DNA of 28,927 bases from a virus (Duplodnaviria > Heunggongvirae > Uroviricota > Caudoviricetes). Shown here one piece after another: positions 1 through 8,327 of the stretch. A program made the translations under genes and the position numbers. The notes below the pieces were generated by a model. The model searched no databases and was not told the DNA's origin. It saw nothing but the letters and a program-made list of their open reading frames with translations. The stretch is taken from the IMG/VR virus record IMGVR_UViG_3300046474_000142. One strand, 5' to 3'. Position 1 is the first letter of the stretch. Every line of letters begins with the position of its first letter.

Positions 1-1151
1 AATAGTTGCACAATCAGGTCATTATTCAGAACGTCACGAATCTCGTTCAGGCGGTGTTCCATCGCCATTGCGCAAAGGTTTGTCTTCGTATCCTTGATTG
101 CGAACGAGCCGGATTCTGTCTGGCCGTTCTTCAAAACGTCTGCGCTCAACGCGGTCAGGATGTCGTTCTGAAGTTGCTCGATAATCTTAGGAATGTCGAA
201 TTTGTTGGCTCCCTTAGCTTCCAGCAAGTCGAATTCAAACAGTTTGTTCTGATTGTCATCGTAGACTTGCGGCATAACCATGAAGCGTTGCTTACCATCG
301 GCAATGCCTTGGCCCGCTTGCATGTAAGCTTGATATACTGCTTTCTCCGCATCGCTGGCATCTGCTGCCATGTATTTCGGAGGAATGTAGATCACTGGGA
401 CTGTTGCAATGTCTTTCGACACGCCCAACATCAATTGGTCTTTAAGCAACGATAGCTGTTTATATGGCAGGTACACCGACTTCAGTACCGACTTCCCTTC
501 CGGGTTGCCTTTTACGCTGTCAGCCGAGAACAGGAGGAATTTCGAACGGTCGATGCTAATCAAGCCGTTACGGTCAGCTAGATTCTGGAATCGAGCCGAA
601 TTCTCCATGTTACGAATGCTCTGTCCTACGCCAAGCAACTCACGACCATCTTCTGAAAAGTTCCAGTGACGAATCGTATCCTGCGGACGGGGAGCTAGCT
701 TACGTAGTCCTACCAAGCCATCGTTGTGTTTGCTACCGTTTCGTGTGAGGCGTCGGCGATAAACTTTTTCTGTAATGGAGAAGCCGTACTCAAGGTACGT
801 CACTACTTCTGCCATGAATTGAGGCCATGAGCCTTCCATATCCGCCATGCAGGTTTCAACGAAACGTGCTCGTTGCTTTTCTGCTTCGGTAGCGTTCTCC
901 GGTGGAGCTACACGCCACTTTACGCGGGTAAGCATCATTCGGTACACGTTAAGTGCCGCTGCTACTGTCGGATCGGTTGACATTTCTTTTACTGTCTTTA
1001 GAAAAGCTGGGAATCTAAATGCCCTATTCTGCTCTTCAAGGATTTGACCCGCCATTGTGGTCAACCCGGTAAATCCAACTTCTGATAGACTAATGCGAGG
1101 GATAACTGCACCGTCATCGGCCCCTAGGCCGCTTTGCTCTTTCTCAGCCAT
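1..1151 (-). CDS. Portal protein (DUF935-like), 3' end runs off the window
   Basis: Manually translated open frame from ATG 1151 (MAEKEQSGLG...RFPAFLKTVKEMSTDPTVAAAL...YGFSITEKVY...GNPEGKSVL), absent from the ORF track because it has no stop in the window; position after TerL. Confidence 0.85.
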   Translation of the reverse strand, partial: MAEKEQSGLGADDGAVIPRISLSEVGFTGLTTMAGQILEEQNRAFRFPAFLKTVKEMSTDPTVAAALNVYRMMLTRVKWRVAPPENATEAEKQRARFVETCMADMEGSWPQFMAEVVTYLEYGFSITEKVYRRRLTRNGSKHNDGLVGLRKLAPRPQDTIRHWNFSEDGRELLGVGQSIRNMENSARFQNLADRNGLISIDRSKFLLFSADSVKGNPEGKSVLKSVYLPYKQLSLLKDQLMLGVSKDIATVPVIYIPPKYMAADASDAEKAVYQAYMQAGQGIADGKQRFMVMPQVYDDNQNKLFEFDLLEAKGANKFDIPKIIEQLQNDILTALSADVLKNGQTESGSFAIKDTKTNLCAMAMEHRLNEIRDVLNNDLIVQL

Positions 1152-1779
1152 TAGTTGCCTTCCATTTTACATAGTCGGAGTCCTGTGAAGGAATCCAACC
1201 AGAGTTAAATTTAGCTGTTATTGTTTCTAGGTTATCGCTAGTGAACTTTCCTGAGATTCTTGCAAGGCGCTTATGTCCGCATTTAGGTAGCGCTGCAAAT
1301 AAGGCGTAAAGTTCTTCAGCGCTATTCCATACTAGTCTGTTCGACCTAGGATTATTCCAGTCTTTCTGTGCTTCTCTGTGCTCGTAAGTTCTGGCGGCGC
1401 GCATACTCTCAATTCGTTGCGTCGAAAGGCCAACTGCTTTCCTTCCGGCTGACATCGCAGATCGCGTAGCTGCTGAATGTTTCGTGCCTGTCCTAGTTGC
1501 TTTGCCACCTGAACAGATGTTCCATCCAATTTCAGGAACCGGCCTTAGACGATTTTCGATCATAAGGCAGTATTCTTCTGAGCCTTCAAGGAGTGTTTTA
1601 ATTACGATTCTGTTACCGTACTTTCTAATCGCCCGGTGAACTGTTAGGTCTGAACCTCTATTAGCAGATGATCTATGGCTCTTAAACCTAGTCTTTGCAG
1701 TAGTTTTCGAAATTCCTACGTAACCTCGGGAAGCAATATCAGTGTGTTCAGGTAAATGAATCCAGTACACGACTGCCAT
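1144..1779 (-). CDS. Free-standing GIY-YIG homing endonuclease (Seg-like)
   Basis: VYWIH...GYVGIS, conserved R/H, E and GWN motif; stop overlaps the portal ATG. Confidence 0.85.
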   Translation of the reverse strand: MAVVYWIHLPEHTDIASRGYVGISKTTAKTRFKSHRSSANRGSDLTVHRAIRKYGNRIVIKTLLEGSEEYCLMIENRLRPVPEIGWNICSGGKATRTGTKHSAATRSAMSAGRKAVGLSTQRIESMRAARTYEHREAQKDWNNPRSNRLVWNSAEELYALFAALPKCGHKRLARISGKFTSDNLETITAKFNSGWIPSQDSDYVKWKATNG

Positions 1780-1807
1780 AGTGCTCCTTCTTTAATCTAT
1801 ATCCGTG

Positions 1808-1846
1808 ATTGTACACTACGTAGTGCTCCTTGTCAAGTTTTTGCAA
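1808..1846 (-). promoter_or_regulatory. sigma70 promoter with palindromic spacer CACTACGTAGTG
   Basis: TTGACA-17-TACAAT, preceded by TTGCAAAAAC. Confidence 0.85.
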
Positions 1847-1888
1847 CAAAACGCTTGACTACCACTTTCTACTGTGGTAGGAAGCGTT
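1845..1888 (-). terminator. Intrinsic terminator after TerL
   Basis: AACGCTT..CTACCAC/GTGGTAG..AAGCGTT stem followed by TTTTGTT. Confidence 0.65.
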
Positions 1889-1889
1889 A

Positions 1890-3368
1890 TCAAATAGTTG
1901 GGATGGGGCTAGGCTTCGACAGGTCCGGTACAACGAAATCTGGGATGTTGCCGTTCTTCGCTAGGAAGTTGAAGGCATCGGCACAGGCGTCTACTTGGTC
2001 GTTCTTCTCGGCACGGATGCCTTGGAAGTGCTCAAGCTCCGTGAAGAAGTCTTCGTTCCAGTCTCCCTCTACGATGTCCACCAGACCGGCTTCGCACATA
2101 GAACAGAACGGCAGGAAGCGCTGAATCTTACTGGTATGGCCCGAAATAGGGATACCCTTGACAGTGATTCCTTGTTCTGCTAGAGCACGGATGAAGAACT
2201 GCGTAGCAGCCTTACCACCGCCGTTATCCTTCGGGATCGTCACTGGGACATCCAGCCCGTCCTCGTTGTGGGACGTATCGATCAACATCTTCACTACACC
2301 GTCCGTCAACTTGCGATCACGGTCTACGTGCTCGATTACATAACGGCCAGCCTTTGTACGGCTCATCTTAACGCCTGCCGTCCAGTCTGGGTCCGGGTAG
2401 ACTTCGCTTGGTACGGAGTGTGCCAAGTCCCAAGAGCGCACGCGTCCTGTTACATCGTGTGGAGCAAACTTAACCTTGTTCACCCATGCACGGTTGAAAA
2501 CGCTACTACCTTCCGTAACAGCAGTCCACGATCCTTTTAGGAATCGAAGCTGGTTCACACGGGACATCGATAGCAGGTTAGCCAGATAGCCCGGATTATT
2601 CTTCATCAGAACCGGGTTGTCATAGATGTTCATCGGGATGTACTTCATACTCGATGGCATCCAGTTCACGCCCTTGATGTATCCGTGGCCTACGCGCTCG
2701 TACAATTCGTCTGGATCGTCGGACCAATGAATCTTGTTATCGAGGATAACAAACCAGCGAACGATGTCTTCGGTTCCGGCTTTCGGGATACCCGTATCCA
2801 TATCAAGTGAGAACTTAACCCAGTCATATAGGTAACTGTTTCGATCCGGGTTACAGGTAATCATCAATTGCAGCTTGCCTTTGAACGTAGTGCTACGGAG
2901 ACGAGACTTGAGCATTAGAATCTGCTCCAATTTCATTTCCGCACCTTCGTCGCAGATAACAGTCGTGAACTGTCCGCCCTGCAATTCCGAAAGGTCGTCA
3001 GGCATTGCCTTGAATGTAATGGTAGCTCCATTCTTGAACTGCCATTCTTTTTGCTGCGCTTTCCAGACCGCACCAAATGGACGGTACAATTGCTTGCTAC
3101 TATCGATCAAACCACCCGGCTGCATTAGCTGCGGATAGGTCAGACGAACGATAAGCACGCGAGCTGCCGGGTCTTGGCAGTCACCCAAAGCTTTGAGCAA
3201 CGCAAGGTGACTCTTACCTGAACCCGCTGACCCGCCTTGAATCAAGATGTCAACAGAACTTTCCGTGAGCACCTTTCGCTGCTTTTCGGAACACGGCCCG
3301 AGAACAATCCCTTGCTCTTGTTCGTGCGCCTTCTCTACATTCTCTGTGATTAGCTTTTTTCGGGCCAT
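1890..3368 (-). CDS. terL: Terminase large subunit
   Basis: Walker A GGSAGSGKS, Walker B ICDEG, LRFLKGSW, RSWDLA and C-terminal NDQVDA nuclease motif; start moved to MARKK at 3368 (AAAGGA RBS). Confidence 0.95.
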   Translation of the reverse strand: MARKKLITENVEKAHEQEQGIVLGPCSEKQRKVLTESSVDILIQGGSAGSGKSHLALLKALGDCQDPAARVLIVRLTYPQLMQPGGLIDSSKQLYRPFGAVWKAQQKEWQFKNGATITFKAMPDDLSELQGGQFTTVICDEGAEMKLEQILMLKSRLRSTTFKGKLQLMITCNPDRNSYLYDWVKFSLDMDTGIPKAGTEDIVRWFVILDNKIHWSDDPDELYERVGHGYIKGVNWMPSSMKYIPMNIYDNPVLMKNNPGYLANLLSMSRVNQLRFLKGSWTAVTEGSSVFNRAWVNKVKFAPHDVTGRVRSWDLAHSVPSEVYPDPDWTAGVKMSRTKAGRYVIEHVDRDRKLTDGVVKMLIDTSHNEDGLDVPVTIPKDNGGGKAATQFFIRALAEQGITVKGIPISGHTSKIQRFLPFCSMCEAGLVDIVEGDWNEDFFTELEHFQGIRAEKNDQVDACADAFNFLAKNGNIPDFVVPDLSKPSPIPTI

Positions 3369-3378
3369 ATATGATCCT

Positions 3379-3708
3379 TTACTTAGTAATATCTTGTGTG
3401 TACGAGTACGTATCAATCAGGATCGTTCTAATTTTACCGAAAATGTCGTGCATTTCGATGTCGAAAAAGAACTCTCCCACGTGGTCCGCCTGCGCCTCAG
3501 TTGGTGAAAACTCAACTAGCCCAGATGCGGGGTCCGTCACAATCCCGGTAATTTGGTACACTGGTGCTGTTCCCACATCTGGTGCGGATGTGGTGCTTAG
3601 CGTCATTTTAAATGTGCAACCAGACAAATTAGCTGGTTGCCCCGTTGTGCTCATCGTGATAATGAACTGGTCGGCGTAGGTATCGCCCCTGATTCGTTTG
3701 ATAGGCAT
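3379..3708 (-). CDS. BppU-N-like (Ig-like) virion protein
   Basis: IRGDT start, beta-rich fold pattern, D..SGLVEFSPT..Q...G...FDIE typical of BppU N-terminal-like domains. Confidence 0.6.
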   Translation of the reverse strand: MPIKRIRGDTYADQFIITMSTTGQPANLSGCTFKMTLSTTSAPDVGTAPVYQITGIVTDPASGLVEFSPTEAQADHVGEFFFDIEMHDIFGKIRTILIDTYSYTQDITK

Positions 3709-3715
3709 ATTGTCC

Positions 3716-4102
3716 TTAAATTAAAGTAGCGTTGAAGCTGAAATCGATCCGTTTGATAGTTAGCTTATCAGACGCCTTAACCCCCGGAGATGCAAACGCC
3801 AACGTTCCGCTAGCTACGCTTACGCCGGCAGTTACGCCAGACAACGTGATACCTAGTCGCAGATTAGCTAGAGCGCTTGCACTGCCGAGAGCGGTCCCAG
3901 TAATTGATGCTCCGATAACCAAGTTGCCATTGGCAAGTCCTGCGCCTATAGCGCTACCTGCCAAGTCTGCGCTGAAACTCATTACGCTGGAAGCAGTACT
4001 AACTCCGACTGAAGCGCCTGACATTCCTGTAGTGGTGGGAGCGCCCTGCGTGCCGGGGCTATCGCCAAGTGCGGTTGCACCGAATGTGTTATATCCAAAC
4101 AT
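3716..4102 (-). CDS. Gly/Ala/Ser-rich putative virion protein
   Basis: MFGYNTFG start, roughly 22-aa repeats of L.G...G.....G.L; operon context. Confidence 0.55.
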   Translation of the reverse strand: MFGYNTFGATALGDSPGTQGAPTTTGMSGASVGVSTASSVMSFSADLAGSAIGAGLANGNLVIGASITGTALGSASALANLRLGITLSGVTAGVSVASGTLAFASPGVKASDKLTIKRIDFSFNATLI

Positions 4103-4111
4103 GGTGCGTCC

Positions 4112-5185
4112 TTATGGGTGAATACTAAATTGAAAAATCTTACCTTCACCACTTTGCACAACGTACGCAAACTTCCCATCTGCTGATGTGAGTACCCCGT
4201 ATGGCCCTGCGTTCGACGCGGCGATAGCAGAAGCGCTAGGGTTTGACGGAACCAAGAATGGAACCTTCTTGATCGGCAAGCCATTTGTATTGATTGCTAG
4301 GTCGCGGGTAAGCTGTGCGATGTAGTTGCCATCGCTTCCCGGAATGTAGATGCTCTTGCCATCCGGTGTAATGGCGATACCGTACGGCCCATTAATTCCG
4401 CTGATTGTGCCTACCGCCGACAGAGCGCCGGTTCCTGTATCCCGCGTGAAAATGCCGATGTTCGCTGCGGTATCATTCGCCACATACAGATTCTTACCAT
4501 CGGGAGAGACTACAGCTACGGCGGGCCAACCGGCACTTGGGACAGTTGCCGCCCCCATCTGGTTGAGCAAGCCGGTCCCGGTGTCGCGGGTGTACTGCGA
4601 AATCGAGCCGCCGTTATTGCAGGAGTAGACGCTAGCACCATCCGGTGAAATCGTAATGCCCTGCTGCGAAGTTACGCCGGGTACTGTTGCCGGACTTAGT
4701 GCTACCAGTGCGCCCGTACCTGCATCGCGGGAGAACTGCGATACGAAGGCGTTATTACCGTGGGACACATAAACGTGCGTATTGTTGGTGTCAGGACTCA
4801 GCACAATACCGAACGGCTGTGTTCCACAAACCATAGCAGTCTGCTTAGTTAGCAGGCCGGTTCCTGTATCGCGGGAGTAAATGCCGATATCACTATTGCT
4901 AAAGTTTGGTGCGTAGACAAACTTGCCGTCATTACTAATAGCGACGAAGCGTGGGTTACGCCCTGACCCGCCTGCGCTCACAGAGGCGGGCGTCAGAGGG
5001 TTAAGCTGGCCTGTGTTTACATCACGCGAATACTGATAAATCGAATTGTTGCCAGAGGCAGCGACGTAGGCGAAATCGCCATTTGGTGAGATAACCATGT
5101 ACCACGGCTGTGTTCCTGCTGCTACAGACGTACCAATTGGCGATAGCGTGCCGGTTGCTGCGCTACCGCGTCTACGGCGCGTCAT
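4112..5185 (-). CDS. Beta-propeller protein (lactonase/YncE-like), putative virion appendage or receptor-binding protein
   Basis: About 7 repeats of SPDG..vYv...I.QY.RD..TG.L; start at 5185 gives an ATGA overlap with the upstream stop. Confidence 0.75.
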   Translation of the reverse strand: MTRRRRGSAATGTLSPIGTSVAAGTQPWYMVISPNGDFAYVAASGNNSIYQYSRDVNTGQLNPLTPASVSAGGSGRNPRFVAISNDGKFVYAPNFSNSDIGIYSRDTGTGLLTKQTAMVCGTQPFGIVLSPDTNNTHVYVSHGNNAFVSQFSRDAGTGALVALSPATVPGVTSQQGITISPDGASVYSCNNGGSISQYTRDTGTGLLNQMGAATVPSAGWPAVAVVSPDGKNLYVANDTAANIGIFTRDTGTGALSAVGTISGINGPYGIAITPDGKSIYIPGSDGNYIAQLTRDLAINTNGLPIKKVPFLVPSNPSASAIAASNAGPYGVLTSADGKFAYVVQSGEGKIFQFSIHP

Positions 5186-5853
5186 TGCGCACCTACGCAG
5201 ACCCAAGCGCCTGCACCCGCGTTAAGGGCTGAATTCCACTTCAACAGAACCGACAGCATCGCACCAGCGGTAGTAGAAGCAGGTAGGGTGACAGTTGATG
5301 ACGCGAATTTCGTACCCCATAGCGTGATATTGCGCGCCCCGCCGTTGTCGGTGATTTCAATCTCAATTTCTTCACCATGTACAGGCGTACCTGTGAGGCC
5401 GCTCGTCATCGAAGTGATGTTCTGTGCAAGGCCGGTGATGCGAAACACATCGCCCAGATCGGAATTGATAGCTGGCGTGGCGGACTGTGCAACGGTAACG
5501 ACGCGAGGCTGTGTACGCTTGTTTGTAAGCGTAACAGCGTTCTCACTGTCCACTGCGTAGCTCGCTGGGTAGACAACCGTTACATCTTTGCTGCCACTGG
5601 CGAACGTGACTGGCGTGGTTCCGCCTGCACTGCTTGAAATGACGCCGTTACGAGTTAATACGCCACCTGATAGCGTGTAGTACCCCAACTCCCACGCGCC
5701 AGCCGAGTCTGGGCCTACCTTGACAGGGATACGTGTGGCTCCGTCCGCGTAGGCGCTTGCAAACGTAAGATAACCTAGAGGGCTACCTGTAGGCGTAAAT
5801 GAAGCTGCGCTTACACTTGTAGTTGCTTCTTTTACGTTGTCCTTGTAATTCAT
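5182..5853 (-). CDS. Putative fibre/appendage virion protein
   Basis: N-terminal D.VKE.TT...WELG..T...LTR..V.SSS...F..G.KDV.V.YPA and C-terminal GTP..G..I.I.DNG.AR modules typical of phage fibre proteins. Confidence 0.65.
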   Translation of the reverse strand: MNYKDNVKEATTSVSAASFTPTGSPLGYLTFASAYADGATRIPVKVGPDSAGAWELGYYTLSGGVLTRNGVISSSAGGTTPVTFASGSKDVTVVYPASYAVDSENAVTLTNKRTQPRVVTVAQSATPAINSDLGDVFRITGLAQNITSMTSGLTGTPVHGEEIEIEITDNGGARNITLWGTKFASSTVTLPASTTAGAMLSVLLKWNSALNAGAGAWVCVGAQ

Positions 5854-5937
5854 TGTATAATTGCTCCAATATTGTGTTTGGACGTAGAAGCCCTATCAAG
5901 GGCTTCTTATGTCATTGCGAGGACAGACTAATTAGGC

Positions 5938-6381
5938 TTAATCTTCTGTTACAAGGTTAGCTGCTGTAGTCATTGTCGGAGTGATGTTCACTGACAACGT
6001 TGTAGGGGAAGTCAGTTGGCCGGAGTAGAGAAGCTTACCAACGCCCGTCGCTGACGTACCGATACCGAAGTGGGAGATTGCCGCTCCCGGAGCGCCTGTG
6101 CAGGTTCCGAACGTTGCTGCTGCTGCCAGCGCTACAGCGTTAGCTGTTACCGTGAAGCCGGAAGTGCTACGAACCACAGGTACGCGTGCGTAGCCGGTGT
6201 AGGCCGTCTCGCTGGTGGACTGGTTGCCAGTCTCGTCCGGGTCGCCGGTGTGCAGGGACAAGTACAGGTTGCCAGCAGCAGCGCTGGGCTGTACACCGGC
6301 TGCGTCTCCCAGCGTGGCAATAGCTACGTTGTTGAAAATCAGGCGCATCAGGTCGTTTTCGAATGTATTGCTTTTTGACAT
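5938..6381 (-). CDS. Conserved phage virion/fibre-associated protein
   Basis: MSKSNTFEN..LYLSLHTGDP...E.AYTGYARV.V motif set seen in many phage fibre-associated proteins. Confidence 0.65.
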   Translation of the reverse strand: MSKSNTFENDLMRLIFNNVAIATLGDAAGVQPSAAAGNLYLSLHTGDPDETGNQSTSETAYTGYARVPVVRSTSGFTVTANAVALAAAATFGTCTGAPGAAISHFGIGTSATGVGKLLYSGQLTSPTTLSVNITPTMTTAANLVTED

Positions 6382-6422
6382 ATCTTTTCCTATTGTTAAA
6401 GTAGCTAAGCGGCTACATACGC

Positions 6423-6452
6423 AAAAAGCCCAACTCCGTTACAGAGTCAGGC
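6423..6452 (-). terminator. Intrinsic terminator at end of tRNA operon
   Basis: GCCTGACTC/GAGTTGGGC stem plus TTTTT. Confidence 0.75.
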
Positions 6453-6457
6453 GTGGA

Positions 6458-6535
6458 TGGCATACCCGGCATCGAATCGAACGCGCCACAGCAAGGTTTG
6501 GAGCCTCGCTCGCCAGCCTTGGAACATTCGGGTAT
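6458..6535 (-). tRNA. trnW: tRNA-Trp(CCA), bulged T stem
   Basis: ATACCCG/CGGGTAT acceptor, loop CTCCAAA, TTCGATT, encoded CCA. Confidence 0.85.
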
Positions 6536-6553
6536 ATGGTGTTATAATTTATG

Positions 6554-6681
6554 AGTGACTGGCTCGGCGTGTTAGCTACGGTTGAGCAAATCCCCTTAAC
6601 TTGTCGTGAAATCACGGCGGCTAAGACTTACAAGAAAGCAGCCTGCCTCTTCGGAGGGTCCGCTTTACAGGCACAGTCACC
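6554..6681 (-). ncRNA. Unassigned structured RNA candidate A
   Basis: GTGACTG/CAGTCAC closing stem with internal GCCTG/CAGGC, CCTC/GAGG, CTTGT/ACAAG, CGTGA/TCACG and GCTC/GAGC helices. Confidence 0.5.
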
Positions 6682-6713
6682 GGGGGCCGCACGAATGCGG
6701 CCTTCGTCATTTA

Positions 6714-6789
6714 TGGCACCGCTTACAGGAATCAAACCTGTTCAATAGATGGGTCAAAACCACCTGCCGTCTCATCTGGCTCAAGCGAT
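6714..6789 (-). tRNA. trnQ: tRNA-Gln(TTG), atypical D and T loops
   Basis: Loop TTTTGAC, G73, CCA; D loop lacks GG, T loop TTTGATT. Confidence 0.8.
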
Positions 6790-6800
6790 GATTGAAATCT

Positions 6801-6876
6801 TGGTAGTCCTACTGTGGATCGAACACAGATTGGTGGATTATCGGTCCACTGTTTTAACCAGTTAAACTACGGGACT
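6801..6876 (-). tRNA. trnI: tRNA-Ile(GAT)
   Basis: GTGGA-CCGATAA-TCCAC anticodon arm, TTCGATC, CCA. Confidence 0.9.
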
Positions 6877-6878
6877 AT

Positions 6879-7004
6879 TGGCGGGTTTGTACGGAAACCT
6901 CACATTAAACCGGCAGTAATCGCCTCAGTAGCACTTCCCTGCTTCCATGTACTTTAGTACCATCACGCCGTTCTTAGCCAATTAAGACCAATGTACGGCC
7001 AACC
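6879..7004 (-). ncRNA. Unassigned CCA-ended RNA candidate B
   Basis: Fills the gap between two tRNAs, ends CCGCCA; D-arm-like TCTT-AATTGGCT-AAGA inside GCCGT/ACGGC; GTAC-TAAA-GTAC, GCAG/CTGC and GGTTT/AAACC helices; no T loop. Confidence 0.45.
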
Positions 7005-7009
7005 TATTC

Positions 7010-7098
7010 TGGCGAAGGGTGAAGGAATCGAACCATTACCTGTTCCTCACAAGTACCAAGGATTTCAAGTCCTCTTTGCGTCCTACGCGGCACCCTCC
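7010..7098 (-). tRNA. trnS: tRNA-Ser(TGA)
   Basis: Loop CTTGAAA, long variable arm, G73, CCA. Confidence 0.88.
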
Positions 7099-7106
7099 AT
7101 ATTCTT

Positions 7107-7196
7107 TGGCGGAAGACTGACATCCCGACTGCCATACGCTCGACGCGTACCAAAGGCTTAGCAAGCCCCGCCAGCGCCCCGGCTGGTTAATCTTCC
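7107..7196 (-). tRNA. trnS: tRNA-Ser(GCT), non-canonical T loop
   Basis: GGAAGAT acceptor, loop TTGCTAA, long variable arm, T loop GTCGGGA, CCA. Confidence 0.8.
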
Positions 7197-7253
7197 TTTC
7201 ATTAGAATAAGCATTTTCAGCATTTGCTGAAACACTGCTTTGTAGTGAAAGTC

Positions 7254-7324
7254 TGGCACGTAGTAAAGGAGTCGAACCTCTCATCCAGCGTTCGTAGCGC
7301 CGAAGCCTGTCCTCTGGACCACGT
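7254..7324 (-). tRNA. trnR: tRNA-Arg(ACG), shortened D arm (atypical or pseudo)
   Basis: ACGTGGT/ACTACGT acceptor, loop CTACGAA, TTCGACT, CCA; 71 nt, about 4 nt missing after position 7. Confidence 0.7.
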
Positions 7325-7331
7325 ATTGTTC

Positions 7332-7405
7332 TGGACGCGATAGCGGTATTCTAAACCGCCTACGAAGCTTTGCAGGCAACTGCCTAGTCACTCGGCCATA
7401 TCGCG
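7332..7405 (-). tRNA. trnC: tRNA-Cys(GCA), atypical
   Basis: CGCGATA/TATCGCG, U73, loop CTGCAAA; T loop TTAGAAT, weak anticodon stem. Confidence 0.75.
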
Positions 7406-7430
7406 GGTTCTGTGCGCTGTGCGCTCATTC

Positions 7431-7501
7431 TGGTGGAGCATAACGGTATCGAACCGTTCCTACCGCAGTGCAAGTGCAGCGTCAAGCCCTCAAGATGCCC
7501 C
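7431..7501 (-). tRNA. trnA: tRNA-Ala(TGC), reduced D arm
   Basis: G3:U70 identity pair, loop CTTGCAC, CCA; only 15 nt between acceptor and anticodon stems. Confidence 0.75.
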
Positions 7502-7507
7502 GAAGCT

Positions 7508-7581
7508 TGGTACTCCCTGTAAGAATCGAACTTACGTAATCGCCGTGTAAGGACGAAGTTCTACCATTGAACTAAAGGAGC
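7508..7581 (-). tRNA. trnV: tRNA-Val(TAC)
   Basis: Canonical cloverleaf, loop CTTACAC, CCA. Confidence 0.93.
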
Positions 7582-7588
7582 AATGTAT

Positions 7589-7664
7589 TGGTATCCCGTG
7601 TGAGACTTGAACTCAACATTTGCGGATTGAAAGTCCACCGTCCTTACCTTTAGACGAACGAGAT
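7589..7664 (-). tRNA. trnE: tRNA-Glu(TTC)
   Basis: Loop CTTTCAA, TTCAAGT, CCA. Confidence 0.9.
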
Positions 7665-7670
7665 ATTGTT

Positions 7671-7762
7671 TGGTGCGCACAGATGGAATTGCACCACCGC
7701 CCGGTCGAGCCGACTACAGTTTTACAGACTGCGCTGACTTATCTAACATTCAGCTTGTACGC
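7671..7762 (-). tRNA. trnY: tRNA-Tyr(GTA)
   Basis: Loop CTGTAAA, long variable arm, CCA. Confidence 0.85.
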
Positions 7763-7771
7763 ATTGTTACT

Positions 7772-7846
7772 TGGTGCTCCCAGTTGGTATCGAGCCAACC
7801 TCGATTGCTTTTCAGGCAAACGCTAATCCATCTCAGCTACAGGAGC
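7772..7846 (-). tRNA. trnF: tRNA-Phe(GAA)
   Basis: Loop CTGAAAA, CCA. Confidence 0.9.
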
Positions 7847-7852
7847 AAATTC

Positions 7853-7976
7853 ATTTACGCATACGCCGACATCTTGCTAGGAGTCGTATTTCGTGAGCCA
7901 TGACCCCACGGTAGCTAGCACAGTACCGTTTACCAATGGGAATCGAACCCCGGTGTAGCACTACGTATGAGTAAAT
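7853..7976 (-). ncRNA. tRNA-mimic RNA candidate C (Y RNA/YrlA-like topology)
   Basis: ATTTAC-T-CATACG/CGTATG-C-GTAAAT terminal stem enclosing a GGG-TTCGATT-CCC T loop and an ACGGTA/TACCGT hairpin; no CCA. Confidence 0.55.
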
Positions 7977-7983
7977 AAATTCT

Positions 7984-8057
7984 TGGTGTGACGCTGGGTT
8001 TCAATCCCGATCCCTTAGTTTCACAGACTAAGATGCTCTCATTACACTATCGTCACC
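7984..8057 (-). tRNA. trnH: tRNA-His(GTG), atypical D and T loops
   Basis: TTAGT-CTGTGAA-ACTAA arm, possible G-1, T loop ATTGAAA, CCA. Confidence 0.75.
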
Positions 8058-8065
8058 ATTGAGCT

Positions 8066-8147
8066 TGGTATGCAAGGCCGGATTCGAACCGACAAAAGCG
8101 GAGGGTTTGAGCCTCTGGACTGTACCTATTTATCCTGCCACTCGCAC
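8066..8147 (-). tRNA. trnL: tRNA-Leu(CAA), short variable region
   Basis: Loop CTCAAAC, TTCGAAT, CCA. Confidence 0.8.
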
Positions 8148-8153
8148 ATTGTT

Positions 8154-8230
8154 TGGTAGGGAAGGTGGGACTTGAACCCACAGAATTTACTTTCTAAGAG
8201 TAACACGTATGCCAATTCCGTCACATCCCC
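8154..8230 (-). tRNA. trnL: tRNA-Leu(TAG), short variable region
   Basis: TTACT-CTTAGAA-AGTAA, TTCAAGT, CCA. Confidence 0.88.
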
Positions 8231-8327
8231 GTTGTTAGTGCTACCATTGCTGTCAGGCTGGATAGCGGCCTGTCCTTGTCGGGAGATTTGCCCTTCCGGG
8301 CTTTCCGGCTCTGCACGGGCCGAAACC

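Noticed and set aside
6392-6401. Second boxA-like CTTTAACAAT
   Set aside because: Lies downstream of the terminator and abuts an RBS; may be coincidental
6-6547. Plus-strand ORFs opposite portal, terL and virion genes
   Set aside because: Antisense shadows of well-supported minus-strand genes
6554-6681. HDV-like (theta) or twister-sister ribozyme
   Set aside because: GCTAA and GCTCA motifs are present but the required P1/P2/P3 pairings could not be built
6879-7004. SRP 4.5S RNA (GGAAGCAG motif)
   Set aside because: Partner CAGG strand and GNRA-capped helix 8 are absent
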